DNA from: Trichosphaerium sp. ATCC 40318
Taxonomy: Eukaryota; Protista; Tubulinea
DNA: 64,000 nucleotides
Reading direction: 5' to 3'
Assembly: GCA_038496445.1 (NCBI GenBank)
Contig: JALMLS010000371.1
Coordinates: forward strand, 1-64,000
The notes beneath the pieces were generated by a model. It did not search any database. It was given only the letters and a program-made list of their open reading frames with translations, and had not been told where the DNA came from. The number at the start of each line of letters is the position of its first letter. Within the stretch, counting starts at the first letter, position 1. A program made the translations under genes and the position numbers. Shown piece by piece: positions 39,415 to 52,580 of this stretch.

Positions 39415-41946
39415 ATGGGGTTTTTAAAGTCTCCGTCTAGTCATTCGAGACATTTCGTACGGCATTTCCTAAACGTTGCGATGAAGCATAGATCACTTGC
39501 GGGACAAGTAATAAAGTACGGGGTTATAGTGCTGGCATTGTCGACGCTTTACTTTTTGCGTGACATTCAAGACGATGAAGCGCCTCAAAAGCGTATACAC
39601 AGAGTCTTACTTGAAGAGATGGAAGAAGATGACATTAAAAAAGAATGTGCTCAGTACGTATTTTAGATTAAACTATGTTTTTAAGCTTAATTGACGCGTC
39701 TAAGCCCTGGAAAACAGACGTGTGGCTTTCTTAAAGAAAATTGCCCACCAGATGGATACATTGACTATATTGGGCTTTATTATTGTAGTAGGCCTCCTAA
39801 ATGGCTCTCATTCATCGTATTCGTATGCTTCTTGACATTTACCTAACCTAAATTTGTACACATGTATTATGCCTTGCCATTAACAAGCGTAGTTGTGTTG
39901 GTTGATAGTCCTTTTTTATATTTTGGGTGTTTCCGCCGATGATTTCTTTTGGTAAGTGTCACTTTTTGTGTAACTTTTTTCACTTACCTGTTTATAGCCC
40001 TACCCTAGAGGTTATCTCAGATGCACTTCATATGGGTCCTGAATTGGCTGTATCCTTTTTTTTCTATCAAAGTTTTTTTACTGAATATTGCCTTTTGGAT
40101 TGATAAGAAATTTCCTCCTTGACGAGTTTTCAGGGTTTGACGCTCCTTGCTCTAGGAAACGGTGCCCCCGATGTATCTACGACTATTATTGCGATTAATG
40201 GTGCCACCGACAGTTTTGGTACATCTATTGGCGAGCTTCTAGGTAAGAGGAGCTAGCTCCTTCAGTATCTTCTTAAATTTAAGTTCCAATCAGGTGCTGG
40301 AGTATTTGTTACGACAATGGTTGTTGGTGCTGTGGCTATAGTATCTTTAGCGGACTTGGATCGTCTTAATTTTTTACGTGATATTGTCTTCTATGTCATC
40401 GGATTGCTTGCGATTATAGCTATCGTATGGGATAGGAAGATATATCTTTATGAAAGTATTGCATTCTTGTTGTATTACTTTGGGTAAACGTGTTCAACTT
40501 TTAGTACTAACGGATGTACATTAACAAGCTTTAGTTATGTTGGATTTGCAGCATCTATTAATTATTGTACATGTTTCTCAAAGAAGGTAGATGATGAAGA
40601 GGCTCCAGAAGGTTATGGTGCCATTCAAAACGATTCTGTAACTGCAGAGCTAGGTACTAACCTTGAACATCAATATAGTAATGTCTGTTGACAAAAAACT
40701 TGTAGAAGAAATAGAGAAGATGGGAGAAGACAGCGAAGCTGAGGCGTTTTCTTTTGTTGGATTCGTATGGTTTTTTTTCAAACACCTCACCCGCTCTGTT
40801 TTTTTCGCACGTGCGTTTATCTGAACCTTGGTTTTAGAAAAATGATTGGGACAAAAAAACAGTGTTTGGAAAAGTTGTATTTGCTTTCAGTTTTCCATTT
40901 GTAGTATGGTAAGTGGGAAGCTGTCAAACGCGTTTTTTTACCATATTTTGTTGATGTTTGTTTTTAGGTTAGTCATCTCTATTCCGAACACTGAGAGGTG
41001 GAACCGCTATGCAGCAAGTTTGGTCCCCATGTCTATGCCAATGTTAGTTTTTGTTGCTATAAATGATTTCAGCGCATCAATACACATGGGTTCTGTTGAC
41101 TTTCCAGTGTGGGCTCTCTGTCTCAGTACTTTTTTAATTTATTTTTGTTTTTTTGGATTCGTGTCCTCTAAACTCTCCTTTCAGTTATAGGATCTCTAGT
41201 TTCCATAGTTGTATTCCTCACAACAAAGACATACTCAAAACCTATCTACCATCCTGTACGATACTTGTTGTGCGAGATGACGAAAACTGACATTTTTTTT
41301 TAAAGGTGTTTGTATTGTTAGCTTTTGCAAACTGCATTCTTTGGATTTTTGTGGTTTCTTCAGAGGTAGTTTCGCTTCTGAAGGCATTAGGACATATTCT
41401 AAGTATATCAGATATCATTTTAGGCGCAACAGTACTTGCTTGGGGAAATTCAATAGGCGGCACGTGACATTTTTTTTCAAAAATACAACACTTGAAAACT
41501 TACTTCTTTGTAGATTTCGTTGCAGATGTCCTTATGGCCAAACGCGGTTTACCTAAGATGGCGATAGCTGCGGCATATGGAGGACCTCTTTTCAGTATCC
41601 AATACTTTTTAGAAAACCCACAAAAACATGAACAAGTTCATTTGTATTTTTTTTTCTCCTTAATTTGTTTCCAGATTTGCTTTTCGGATTGGGTGTTGGT
41701 ATGACTTGGAAGACAGCTACTACTTTCCCTAAGCACTACCATATTAATGTACCAAGCCTAAACGAGTTTTATTGCTCTGCGTTCTTTCTCGGTGGAAGTC
41801 TTGTAGGTAGCTGCGCTGTCATCTCATTTAACAAATTTTTCATTCCTAAAAAATGGGCAATTGTGTTGGTTGTATGGTACCTACTGTACACTCTTTTTCT
41901 TATTCTACTTGAATTTGAAGTTATATTCCCACACCACAAGAAGTAG
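39415..41946 (+). CDS. Cation/Ca2+ exchanger (CCX/NCLX-like), multi-exon
   Basis: Alpha-1 repeat GLTLLALGNGAPD and alpha-2 repeat LAWGNSIGD...AAYGGPLFNLLFGLG. Confidence 0.9.
40050..40133 (+). other. U12-type (minor spliceosome) GT-AG intron
   Basis: Donor GTATCCTTT. Branch site TCCTTGAC lies 10 nt before the end of the intron. Removal restores ELA/GLTLLALGNGAPD. Confidence 0.8.
41595..41674 (+). other. Probable second U12-type intron
   Basis: Donor GTATCCAA and branch-like TCCTTAAT 10 nt from the 3' end. Removal restores GGPLFN/LLFGLG. Confidence 0.6.
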
Positions 41947-42627
41947 ATGGATTTGGTATTAAGAAGGCTCTGAATGATTCGACAAACGCGATTTTGAAAA
42001 AACAACTGTTGGCGTTTTGTACACATTTTATAAATACACTCTTTGTTGTACCTCTTTGTAATTATATTTCCACTGGCCTTGAGCTTGATTTAACTCTTAA
42101 AAAACTCATGTTGACAATTGAGAGTTGTATCCTTAGGATGCATAAAATATAGCATATTCTCCACGACACTTTTGCTTCGGGAATTGATGTGAAAAAAAGT
42201 CATTTCGTCTTTCAAGCCTGTGTGCAAGGTCGTTAACTCCCTATGTGGGAAAAAACCAGTGTTGACTGCCTCGTAGGCGATCATTCAGAGACGTGTTGAA
42301 AGCTACAGCATTGTATGGCTCTAAATGCTTCCGAACCTGTCAGCAGTATTTTGGGCATTAAGACCCGGATTTATAGTATGTACACGGAGCTGGCTTTATT
42401 TTTTATTGTAGATACTTTATCCTACAAGATATTTTCACGTGTTACTGGGTACCTCAAAGAAACGTAATGATATTGGTGACGGTTGAAGTTGTACAAACCC
42501 TTGTGAAAGTTCAAACCATACAAGCTTTACTAGATGAAGCCATAGAACCACTCAGTAGGGCGCATTCATTAAACCTAGCTGTAGTCTTGACTAGTGGCTA
42601 AACTGTTTATTTGGTATACATGAGCAT

Positions 42628-43453
42628 TTACTTGTACAGCATATTAATACCAAACATTGCAGCGCACTCCGTTGTAATGCCAATATGTGAACAATTGATC
42701 GATAGTGTTTTAAGAGATTTAAAGTACATCAAGGAGTCATCTGTTAAATCAAGAATGGAACAATAAGATAGTTCAAGGTGTTCAAGGTTTACCAAATTCT
42801 TTAAACAAGCTTCTGTTATATTCTTGCTATGATTCAGTCTGAGGTGCTTGACATTAGACAAGGATTTTATGTGTTCATTGGATGTATTGCCAAGATGTAC
42901 AAAGTATACATCCTTGAGTGCTTTTATACCTTCAGCTGTGATTTTCGAACAGTAAGCAATAGCAATTGAGTGTACAGTACTCAGTGTATTTAATGAAGCA
43001 TCTGTTATTAGAGTACGTGTCACATTAATGGTATGAACACCTTTTAGTGCTTTAATACCTTCATCAGTTACTTGACTACAACCACTGAGGTCAATGGCGT
43101 GAACGCCCTTAAGTGCTTTAATGCCTTCATCTGTTATTTGACTACAACCACTGAGGTCAATAGAATGAACACCTGCCAGGCAAGCCAAATCATTATCTGA
43201 GGATTCCTTATTGCATTTCATCACAGTGTTTTTAAGCAATGGGCTACCTTTTAGAGCAACACAATCTAATGGTTCTTTCATACGCAAATAGACAAATCCA
43301 ATATTAGTACGTATTGTTAAACATGCGAGAAACAGCAGAAGCTGTTATACGATCGTTTTTTTGTAAATAAAATAGAATGTGTGTTAATGTCTCTGGTGGA
43401 AGATGCTGTGGCGTTTTTTCATTTTTTGGCGATGTTTCGCAATGATTTGCCAT
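42628..43453 (-). pseudogene. Intronless F-box/LRR gene with an apparent frameshift near 43315
   Basis: ATG at 43453 gives an F-box (QHLPPETLTHILFYL) that stops at FNNTY*. A frame change gives IRTNIGFVYLRM...SPLLKN and GVHxIDLSGC LRRs collinear with the neighbouring paralog. Could be a sequencing error. Confidence 0.65.
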
Positions 43454-43482
43454 AATAACAGAGCTGGAAACTTTTTATGTGA

Positions 43483-44814
43483 TTGACTTTCAGCGACTGG
43501 CTTGATCGCCTATTTTTTCATCTTTTGTCAATATTAGCGGCCTGGCCAGACCCCTTGTTACAATCGCGACAATTAGGCTTAATGGCGAGCGTATACAAAG
43601 AAACCAAAATGTTTAAGCATTCCACAAGCGACTTGAACTATATTGAGCTTTTGGATGTACCAACAGAGATACTGGCTCATTTACTTGCGTTTGTAGACCG
43701 TTCTTCTCGATTTCTTGTTTCTCAAAGCTGTAGACGTTTATCAGACATAATTCACCATCACGTTGGATACGATGTTATCAAAGTTAACTCTACTGAAAGT
43801 TGTGCCCTTCTTTCAAAAAGTCCTCTCCTCAAAAACAGCAAAATAATATTTTGGAAGAAAGGAACTGACACAGATCTTGCTTTTCTTTCTGGTGTTCATG
43901 AAATAGGAATAATGTTAAACAAGAACATAACAGATGCAGGATTAAAGAGTATTTGTGGTGTACATAGTTTAGTATTGGCAAGATGTCCACAAATTACAGA
44001 TGCAGGAGTAGTACCACTAGTGAAACATCTCAAACACATTGCTTTGAAGAGAAACGCCAAAATGACAGCATCAGGTATCAAAGCACTAGCAGGTATACGA
44101 AGTGTCTATATTGCTCACTCAAATGTTACAGATGACATATTGTCCATGTTTTCTGGAGTACACAATATATCATTACAGGGATGTGCCCTGATAACATGCA
44201 AAGGTGTTTCAGCATTAGCTGGAGTACACACAATTGATTTAAGTGGAACTTTTGTCAACAATGAAAGTGTTTCATCATTGGCTGGTGTACATACCATACT
44301 ATTGAGCAGAACATCTGTCACAGATGTATCAGTACTGGCTGGTGTACATACAATATATTTAAGTGGAACACCAATCACAGATAAAGGTATTTCAGCGTTG
44401 GGCGGTGTACACACCATATATTTGAACAGAACATCTATCACAGACGTATCAGCATTGGCTGGTGCACACATAATAAGTTTACGTAGTTGTCAACTCATCA
44501 CAGACAAGAGCTTATCAAAACTAGTTGGTGTTCATACAATTAATTTATCACAATGTATGAGTATTACTGCGTCGTGTATGAAAAGTCTTGCTGGTGCACA
44601 TACCATTGATTTGTCATCCACAAATGCAACAGATGATTGGCTTGTTCCTCTCAGTCGTGTAAAAAAAATACGATTGTATGAATGTCAGCAGATTACAGAG
44701 AAGGGTATTGAAGCGCTGTTAAGCGTCCGTGAAATAACTCTATCAAAAAGGTATACTTCAAAAGAAACTATAAATACTCTAAAAGAAAAAGGCATAAATG
44801 TAAAAGCACTCTAA
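43483..44814 (+). CDS. Intronless F-box/LRR protein (first ATG about 43581)
   Basis: LLDVPTEILAHLLAFV F-box followed by about 12 LAGVHTIxLSxTxITD repeats. Confidence 0.9.
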   Translation: MTFSDWLDRLFFHLLSILAAWPDPLLQSRQLGLMASVYKETKMFKHSTSDLNYIELLDVPTEILAHLLAFVDRSSRFLVSQSCRRLSDIIHHHVGYDVIKVNSTESCALLSKSPLLKNSKIIFWKKGTDTDLAFLSGVHEIGIMLNKNITDAGLKSICGVHSLVLARCPQITDAGVVPLVKHLKHIALKRNAKMTASGIKALAGIRSVYIAHSNVTDDILSMFSGVHNISLQGCALITCKGVSALAGVHTIDLSGTFVNNESVSSLAGVHTILLSRTSVTDVSVLAGVHTIYLSGTPITDKGISALGGVHTIYLNRTSITDVSALAGAHIISLRSCQLITDKSLSKLVGVHTINLSQCMSITASCMKSLAGAHTIDLSSTNATDDWLVPLSRVKKIRLYECQQITEKGIEALLSVREITLSKRYTSKETINTLKEKGINVKAL

Positions 44815-44859
44815 AGCGTAGATTTCACAAAGTCTGTAGAATGTTGTTGAACTTTAATT

Positions 44860-47690
44860 TTATTTAACTGTATCACCCTTAGTGAGCCAATAAATGGATT
44901 GCGTTATCAAGGCAGGAGGGTCATATCTAACGAATACTGTCTCGATTGTTATGTTGCTAAAAAATATTTGAAAGTCAAACATCTCAAGTCAACTAAACTC
45001 CACCAAACGTTGTACTAGAATCAACCTGTCCGTTTGTTGTTATTGCAGAACATAGCGTTTTCAAAGGACCAAGTACTGGCGAGATTACAGAACTAAGAAA
45101 AACAGATGTTAACATTTTTTAGAGAAGTTCAAAAAAAAATTTGTACCTAAAATAGGATAACATATAGAACGTTCTCGTGAACGGTGTCATTATTGCTGAT
45201 AAGCTAACATGTGATGGCTTCTGTTGCCTACTGTTCTCTGGGGCCTTTCTACTAACAAGAGACAACAAAGAAAATTTCCCAGGAATAGCTACAAACAATA
45301 AACAGTTAGTAAAGTCACCTCTTTTTCTCATTCTTTGATTATAGGTTCATTCATCGTACGTTCAAGTATCACTTTGGCATCTTTTTTGAGACCTAGTAGC
45401 TGGCGCACGTGATCTACAGCCGTATCTATACCACCCAAATCATCAACTAAGCCATGTTCTTTAGCCTGTAAGCCCGTCCAAACGCGACCTTGAGCCACTA
45501 CAATTGTACTTGATTAACATTTCATTCCTTTATATTCAAAACGCTTACCTTTTTCTACATCCTCCACGGACATGTTTCTTCCTTTGGCCACGTTTTCTAT
45601 GAACTGGTCATAGAAGTCGTCGAGCATTTCCTCTAATTTTTGCTTTTGTGCAGGTTTAAGGTTGTGAAATGCAGAAAATACAGTTGCAGAGTCGCTTGTC
45701 TAGTTATATCAGTTTGAGGGTTTTTTGAAAGAAACACTAGGGTTGATGTTGATGGGGTACCTTGACATCATCGAAAGTTATGCCAAGTTTTTGGAACATA
45801 TCTCTCATCACAAATTTAAGAATGACAACACCAATCGATCCAGTGATTGTAAGTGGTTGGGCTATGATCCTATCTGCATACATAGATATCCAATAGCCAC
45901 CACTTGCAGCAACATTTCCAAATGACACAACTACCTATGTAGATATCCCGTGAACACGTCAAAAACCTTCAAAAAAAAAGGAAAAAAGAAAGAAAAATTT
46001 TATACTGTACTTTTTTTCCTTTCTGCTTTGCTCGAACAATTTCTCTTGCTATAACATCAGAAGCTACTGCACTTCCACCACCCGAATTAACACGCATAAT
46101 GATAGCTTTAACCCTCTTGTCATTTGCTGCAGTTCTTATTTGAAGAGCAGTTGTATCCGATCCAATCGTTGGGTTGTTGCTGTAAACAGGATTGCTCTTA
46201 CCAGGTAAAATATTACCTTCCGCTATTTCGACCATCAAAAAACAAGCAACAAGATGATTCCTTCAATAAGCTTCTACGTACCTGTGATTAAAGCCACTTT
46301 GGTAGAACTGAAAATAACAGAGCGCTGAGGACGACCTACTTTTGCCAAGTACGTGTTCATGTAGAGCATGTTGTATTTCTTTACACCGAGTTTCTTTTTC
46401 AGAATCTTATTGTACACCTAAATCACCTTTCAGTTTAATTCATTTAACACGTGGTATATAAAATTCACCTCATCTTCATAAGCTAGACCGTCTATGAACT
46501 TAGATTCAACCATCGACTGTGTAGTATGTGGTCCCTCTAGTCAAGAGCTGTAAAAACAAACTGAAATGCGAATGAGTGTTTACCTTTGAATAGAGTTAAC
46601 ACCTCCTCTTCTGTAACACCACGGTCTTCGGCAATTTCTCTAGAGTATACACCCTGAACATCCTTTATTATAGCTTCCACCACTTCACGGTGTTCCTCTG
46701 TGAACTTGTCTTCACAAAACAAGTTTTTCGCATTCTAAAATTTTTTATGTTAGTCAACAAGAACCTTGTAGGTGTTTTTTGTAAAACGTACCTTGTATGC
46801 CTTTCTTGCACCTCCTTCTGTCTGAATACCAAGCTTTTCAAGCATTTGTTTCAAGAAGGGGTGTAAAACCATAAAGCCAGTGACCAAAGCATAACCGATT
46901 TTAGGCATATAAATCTCGTCAAAAGAGCATGCTAAATAGTACCTAAAAAAAAGTTACACTATTGGGTTTACATTATTTCTCTTTCTAGCGAAGCGTACAT
47001 AGCCATTGCGTTACCCGAGAAGGATTCTGCGAAAGCAACAGCTTTCTTTCCTGCTTTGCGGAAGCGTTTAATAGCAGCTCGAAGTTCCTTTTGGTCGTTA
47101 ACACAAAAGATGATTGCAGGGAAACGTGATTTCACAAATTCTTGCTTAATACACTGGTAATGTACCTGAACACTTGCATTGCCTATTTTAAGAGACCCTA
47201 ACTTTGCTACTAGACCTGTAATTCTAGAATCCTGTGAAATCGGTGAACTCAAAAGATGTTTTGATTTTTTTTTTTTTGGGTTCTGTAGATGTACCTTTGC
47301 CGCTATATCGATTGTATCGACCAGGTCACGCAAGGATATTTTATTTGAAGTCAATTTAGCTATAGTTGGATCCAGTGGAGTGTCAATCACCTTAAAAACG
47401 AATAAATTAGACACAATGACACGTGACAGGCTTATTTTTGTACCAAGTCGGCGTCAAGCCTCATTTCTAGTACAGTGTTGTTAGAAACCCACTTTTTAGC
47501 CATTCTTTTGTAAAAGAAACGCGCTACTAGGAGAGCTATACTGTATTAGAGGTTTTAAACGATACTACACCGTACGCGGTATTATCCACCACTTAAATCG
47601 GTGTGCGATGTCTCCCGCATGTTTACAATAGCTAAAAAGCGCTTGAGGCTGTATATGGTGTAAAAAATCGTAAGCACAAACTGCTGTCAT
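44860..47690 (-). CDS. sppA: Signal peptide peptidase SppA (protease IV, long two-domain type), multi-exon
   Basis: [62 protein letters not shown] and [21 protein letters not shown]. Confidence 0.9.
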
Positions 47691-48071
47691 GGACTTGCAC
47701 TTTTTCTTTTATTTTCACGTGGAAATTTCGGCAATTTTCCTCATTTTTTGCAGTTGTCAATTTCTACGAAATATCAAGCTGTGACAACTAATGTTATATT
47801 AGAGACTGTGCGTAATGTAAGACGGTTTATTATGTAATACAAACAATTAGGTAACTGGTACAAGATGGTTTTTGAATGTGGGATTGTCCATGTAAGTGCA
47901 AGTCCTTTTATTTGGAATTTTATTTAGTTAAGGTGGGACTAGTTAAGTGATCTCAGTGACCATTAGTTCTACGAACTATAGCTACATCTAAACCAAGCGT
48001 AGTGATTGTTGATTATCGGGAAGTGCAAGGTCTGCGTAGTTTTTTGTTAAGTAAGGATTGGATTGGAGTGA

Positions 48072-49494
48072 TCATGTGTTGATGTCTTTTAAGAACAAGT
48101 CGAGCTCTTGGTCGATTATATCTGGTAGTAGCTTATTCACGCGTGTATGCATGTGAGTATAAACTTGTGGTTTTTCTTTCATTCTTTGTCTATACGGGCT
48201 ATTAGGATCATCAACGAGTTTGGCGTTTTCTGCAAGAAGCTTAAAAAAACCGCATTAGTTTAAGAGTGCTTCAAGCTTTCATAGTCAAGTACGTTAAATG
48301 CAAGCCCTGTAAATCTTTTGAGTGCAAAATTGAGTAGCCATGTAGGTAAGTAGTCAAGCTTGGGATCCCCATTTGCCATCAAAGACACCTTTGTTTTGTT
48401 TGGCCCAATAGGCGTTAATAAAAATCTTGTGCAATATTATGAGAAACGTGGCTACTGGTGTCTACAACGCACCCTCCAATTTCAATATCCATACGCACTC
48501 TTCCTTTCTTTAGCGTAGGTATATCTTCTTCTACTATGTCGTTTGGAGATAAAACTATGGATTAGGAGTCAGACCATGTTTAAGTAGATTAATCTTACAA
48601 GGGTTGTCTGGAGATTCGATTGATTTTACAACACATAGCAATTGACCACTTGACTCTACGATGTCCACTCCAAATCCACACACTACCAGGGTGTTAGTAC
48701 ATATGCAATAATAATTTAGAGGCAGGTACCGACAATATCACGTGGCGCAAAGGGCCATGGAAGGTTAATGACAAACTGAGCCATTTTTTTAAAAAGGCTT
48801 ATGTGCTTCAACTCGTAACAATGCTACCACCATTATCACTCTTTATTGTTAAAAATAGGGCAAGTACCGTAAGCCCAACGCCATTTATACAGGGTATCCA
48901 CTGATCGTACATATCAACCTCCATGAGTAGAGCTGCAACATTAAACATGTTTGTGTTCATCACGCCTTAATTAAACAAAGGTAATTAAGCCATGCGAAAT
49001 AAAAAAATTCCAAATTTCTCATCAGGCATACCATCGCAACGAACAGTAATCAGGGAGGAACCTTCTTTTTGCTTGTACATGGTCTTCATGTCATGTTTAT
49101 CGTTTTCAAAGACACCTTGCCAACCGTCTTGGTCAGATAGCTCCAAAAGTAGTTTCTGGACTGCTTTCGCTTCTCTTTTTACGCTTTTAAGCGTAGATTT
49201 TACTGTTGATGCGAGTTTGGTGAGTTTTGTTGTTGACAGCCCATCCGCTACTGTATTTTAGAACAAAACGCGTCGCGAAGCTTATTTAGTACCTCGACGT
49301 TGCGTAATAGCATTTTTTACAGATTTCTTTAACGCACGTAATGGTTCAGGCGCCTAATAGTGTGTTTGAAGTGCTGATATTATCATACATACGTCTAGAA
49401 CCCTGCCTTCTGCTTTTAATTTGTTTATACGCTCTAATTCACTAACAAGCGCTTTTCTCTTTAATTCTGGCGTTTTTTCTCCACTATCACCCAT
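48072..49494 (-). CDS. START-domain lipid-transfer protein
   Basis: DGWQGV, LLMEVDMYDQWIP, NLPWPFAPRDIV and NGDPKLDYLPTWLLNF. Confidence 0.8.
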
Positions 49495-49602
49495 TGACAG
49501 GGCCCTGTTAATTTCGCGAAATTGCACAGTCCGAGAAGATAGTTGACTTTTTCTGTGAAGCGGACAACGAACCTGGCGGCTTTCTAACTTACAAACGCAC
49601 TG

Positions 49603-51196
49603 CTAAAGCTGGTATGCTTTTTGATTGAAACGCCAAGCTATGTAGACGGTAAAGGTCGTAGTGGTATCGTCAAGTCGTTGTTCTTTGAAGCAATAACACA
49701 AATGGCTGTTTGGGAAGATAAGTCGAGTTGACAGTTTCTTTATTGTACTGATATTACAGCATTTAGACGCCAATGTTCTTAGCCTCAAGAGTTTTTTTGC
49801 AAACTTTAAAGTCAGTAGACTTTATGTTGCCAACAATCGCCGCAGTCTTTGCGCTTGAAGCGCCATACCACTAAAGAAAAAAAGTAAATATAAAAAAACC
49901 TTCAACTTATTTTTGTTTCATACGTATTTTGTGCCCCTAGGTAGTCCAGTTGGGGTACATGCAAATAAAGCTTGTTTAACAGATTTACCGCGACTGTCTT
50001 TGAAATTTGTGCTAGGGTTGATACAATGGTTGGTTAGTTCAAGTAATTTGTTGGTGATTGCGACATTGCTGTTCACTTTTGAAATTCGCCATTGAAAAGT
50101 TTTTTCATCTGATTTATCACAAGCAGCAACAACAATTCCAGCATTAACAGAGTTAAGATAATCGGCTATAAGAAAAAAATAAGCACGTGATAATACAAGA
50201 AATAAACTGGAAAAAAAAGAGAAAAAAACCGCATTCGTACCGAGGAGTTCTACAAATGATTGAGTTGCTGTCTTTTGATGTTTGAATAGTAAAGTGATAA
50301 GGTTTACCAATTGTCCATACGCTGCAGAGTTTACATTCTTTAGTCCTGATTTTGGAATGTTGTGCTTTGCGTAGAATTTGTCGAGGTAATTCAACAGTCC
50401 ATCCTCTAAAGCGGACATTTGTGTTACTACAGTGAGTGATCTCGCAACAACAAACTGTTTCCAGGCTATATCGTAATTATGAGCGTTCGATGGATATTCC
50501 GTGGATCCTTGAACTTCAGCATAGCTTCTTGACCAGTTCAAAAGAAGCTCAATTTTACCTGATGAGGTAAAAATTAGCAAAATAATTTGTTTGGTAAAAG
50601 AAAGAATTATCACAGGTCGTACCACCAACGTCTGGAAGCATTTTAAGAAGATCAGTGAAGATACCAAAGAAAAAGTCCGCAAAATCCGAGTTCGATGGAG
50701 GTGGAGGGTCATCTTGTGACATGAGTGCTTGGAAGCCAACAAGATTTATTCTGTCGTAATCATAAGCCTTCTTAAAAGGCTCCATGAGAATATTTGACAA
50801 GAACCAATTGAAACTGATGCCTTTGTCTCCAGCTTCATTCTTCATGAGCTTTTTTAAAGAATCCAGACTATACTGTAGGTTGTCTAACTCTCGTTTGTGT
50901 GATGACGCATACGAACATTGATGGTTTGAGAAAGGATTATACGCCGATACTGTTAAATCACAAACGCAGTTTGCAGAGGTAGAGCAGCTCTTCGAACAAG
51001 AGTTTTTTGTTCCAAGACTTCCAGGGCAGCATCTTTCTCCTTGGCCTGATTTCTTGTTCCATGAAGGCCCGCAGGAAGTTTTACATCTCAATTTACCGCA
51101 GTACGAAACTTGAGGGTCTGTAGTATTTTCGTTTGAAGGTAGGTTGAACGCAAGTATAGCTGATATCGCGAGAACACAGAGTAAGAAGGTGCGCAT
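49603..51196 (-). CDS. Secreted Cys-rich protein of unknown function, 4 probable exons
   Basis: Signal peptide, Cys-rich N-terminal module, then a long helical region. Exons are bounded by GT-AG. Confidence 0.7.
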
Positions 51197-52329
51197 CGTG
51201 TTTGAAGGTTAGAATTATGAACTAACTGTTTTTTTTTCACATTTACAATCATTCACATTATTGCTAGCGTTTACTACTACAACGATATTACAAATAGGTC
51301 TGTCTTTTTAATCACGTGCTTGTGGTCAATCCAGACTATTACTTCTGATCTTCACAAGGTTCCCACTTTTTGAGCAAATAGATGTTAGAGCCACGTGATC
51401 TCGTAATCTTTTAGGAAATTTAATGTGGTACCGTTGACTGCTTCATTTAATTTCAATTAAATGTCCCGCGGGTTTTTTCTTTCCGGTGAGATCTGAGGTG
51501 TAAGAATAGCCATGATAATTGACTATAGAATAATGGTGTTAACGTTCAAACTTTTCGTTTTTTATTTGGTAAACCACCGTGCCCCAAACTTGTCAAAAAC
51601 ACCAAATAGGTATATTTCCACGTCAATTAGTGCACGGTAGGCATGTATCCAGCCGTACTAAATGAATACGAGCTGCGGAAAAGGCAACAAAAAATCGGAA
51701 AAATCCACGTTCTTAATAGCTTTAGTACTGTTTCGTTCATTCTCGCATAGTGAACGTTGTATTGGTACACGATAAAAATTGTAAGGGTGCACATTTTAAT
51801 AAAACCATGTCGTAGACACGTTGTTCCTAGCGCTGTTCGTGGTATTTTACCAGGCAAGTGAACGGGTATTGCCGTAATATTAAAAAACCAACAGCTTTGA
51901 AAGCGCAGCTCAATATTCGCTATTGTACTCACATAATTGTGGAGGTACATTATAGGAGTTACAATTCTGCTCAAACAATTCTGTCTAACGGTTGACACAT
52001 GTGATTTTTTTCCTTACAATTTTTGAGTGAATGCTGTATTTGTATCTTAGTACATGGTATCTTGACAATAAAGGGACAACATTGCGGCGCCTGAGATGTG
52101 TATCACTTCATCTTACACTAACGCTCTTCCGTTATGATTATAAGCAATATTCATATTCATAGCACCAAACGGCATATTCATGAGTATTCATTCATGAATT
52201 GTGGTGAGTCAGGATTTTGAGGAGATTTTGATTTGTAGCACCTAGCGATGTTCCAAATGGATAGATTCAACAAGTTGTATTTGAAAAACAAATTTCTCAG
52301 TTTTCTCTAGCTTTTATGGTGAGACAAAA

Positions 52330-52580
52330 CGGCATCAACAAATTGCATCGCAGCAAATTGTAAAACCGTCACTCACAACATATTCATGTGGATGTAAAAG
52401 TTTGGCTAGCGCCATGTTCTTGTAATGTAACAGAAGAAGGTTTCAAGGCTTTAGCTGGTGTACAATTACTTTACAACGCGTTACAATTACTGATTAGGAT
52501 CTGAATGCGTTGGATGATGCTCATGAGATTGACATATCAGTCATTAATTCTGACACTAAATCACTTAATACCTTGCAACT
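52330..52580 (+). pseudogene. Decayed LRR gene of the same family as 42.6-44.8 kb
   Basis: CNVTEEGFKALAGV...TITD*DLNALDDAHEIDIS with a stop and frameshifts. Confidence 0.6.

Noticed and set aside
42090-42600. Possible small gene between the exchanger and the LRR pair
   Set aside because: Only a 64-aa ORF with no recognisable motif or supportable exon chain.
44115-44471. Antisense ORF with MVCTPAN repeats
   Set aside because: Shadow of the LRR gene on the opposite strand.
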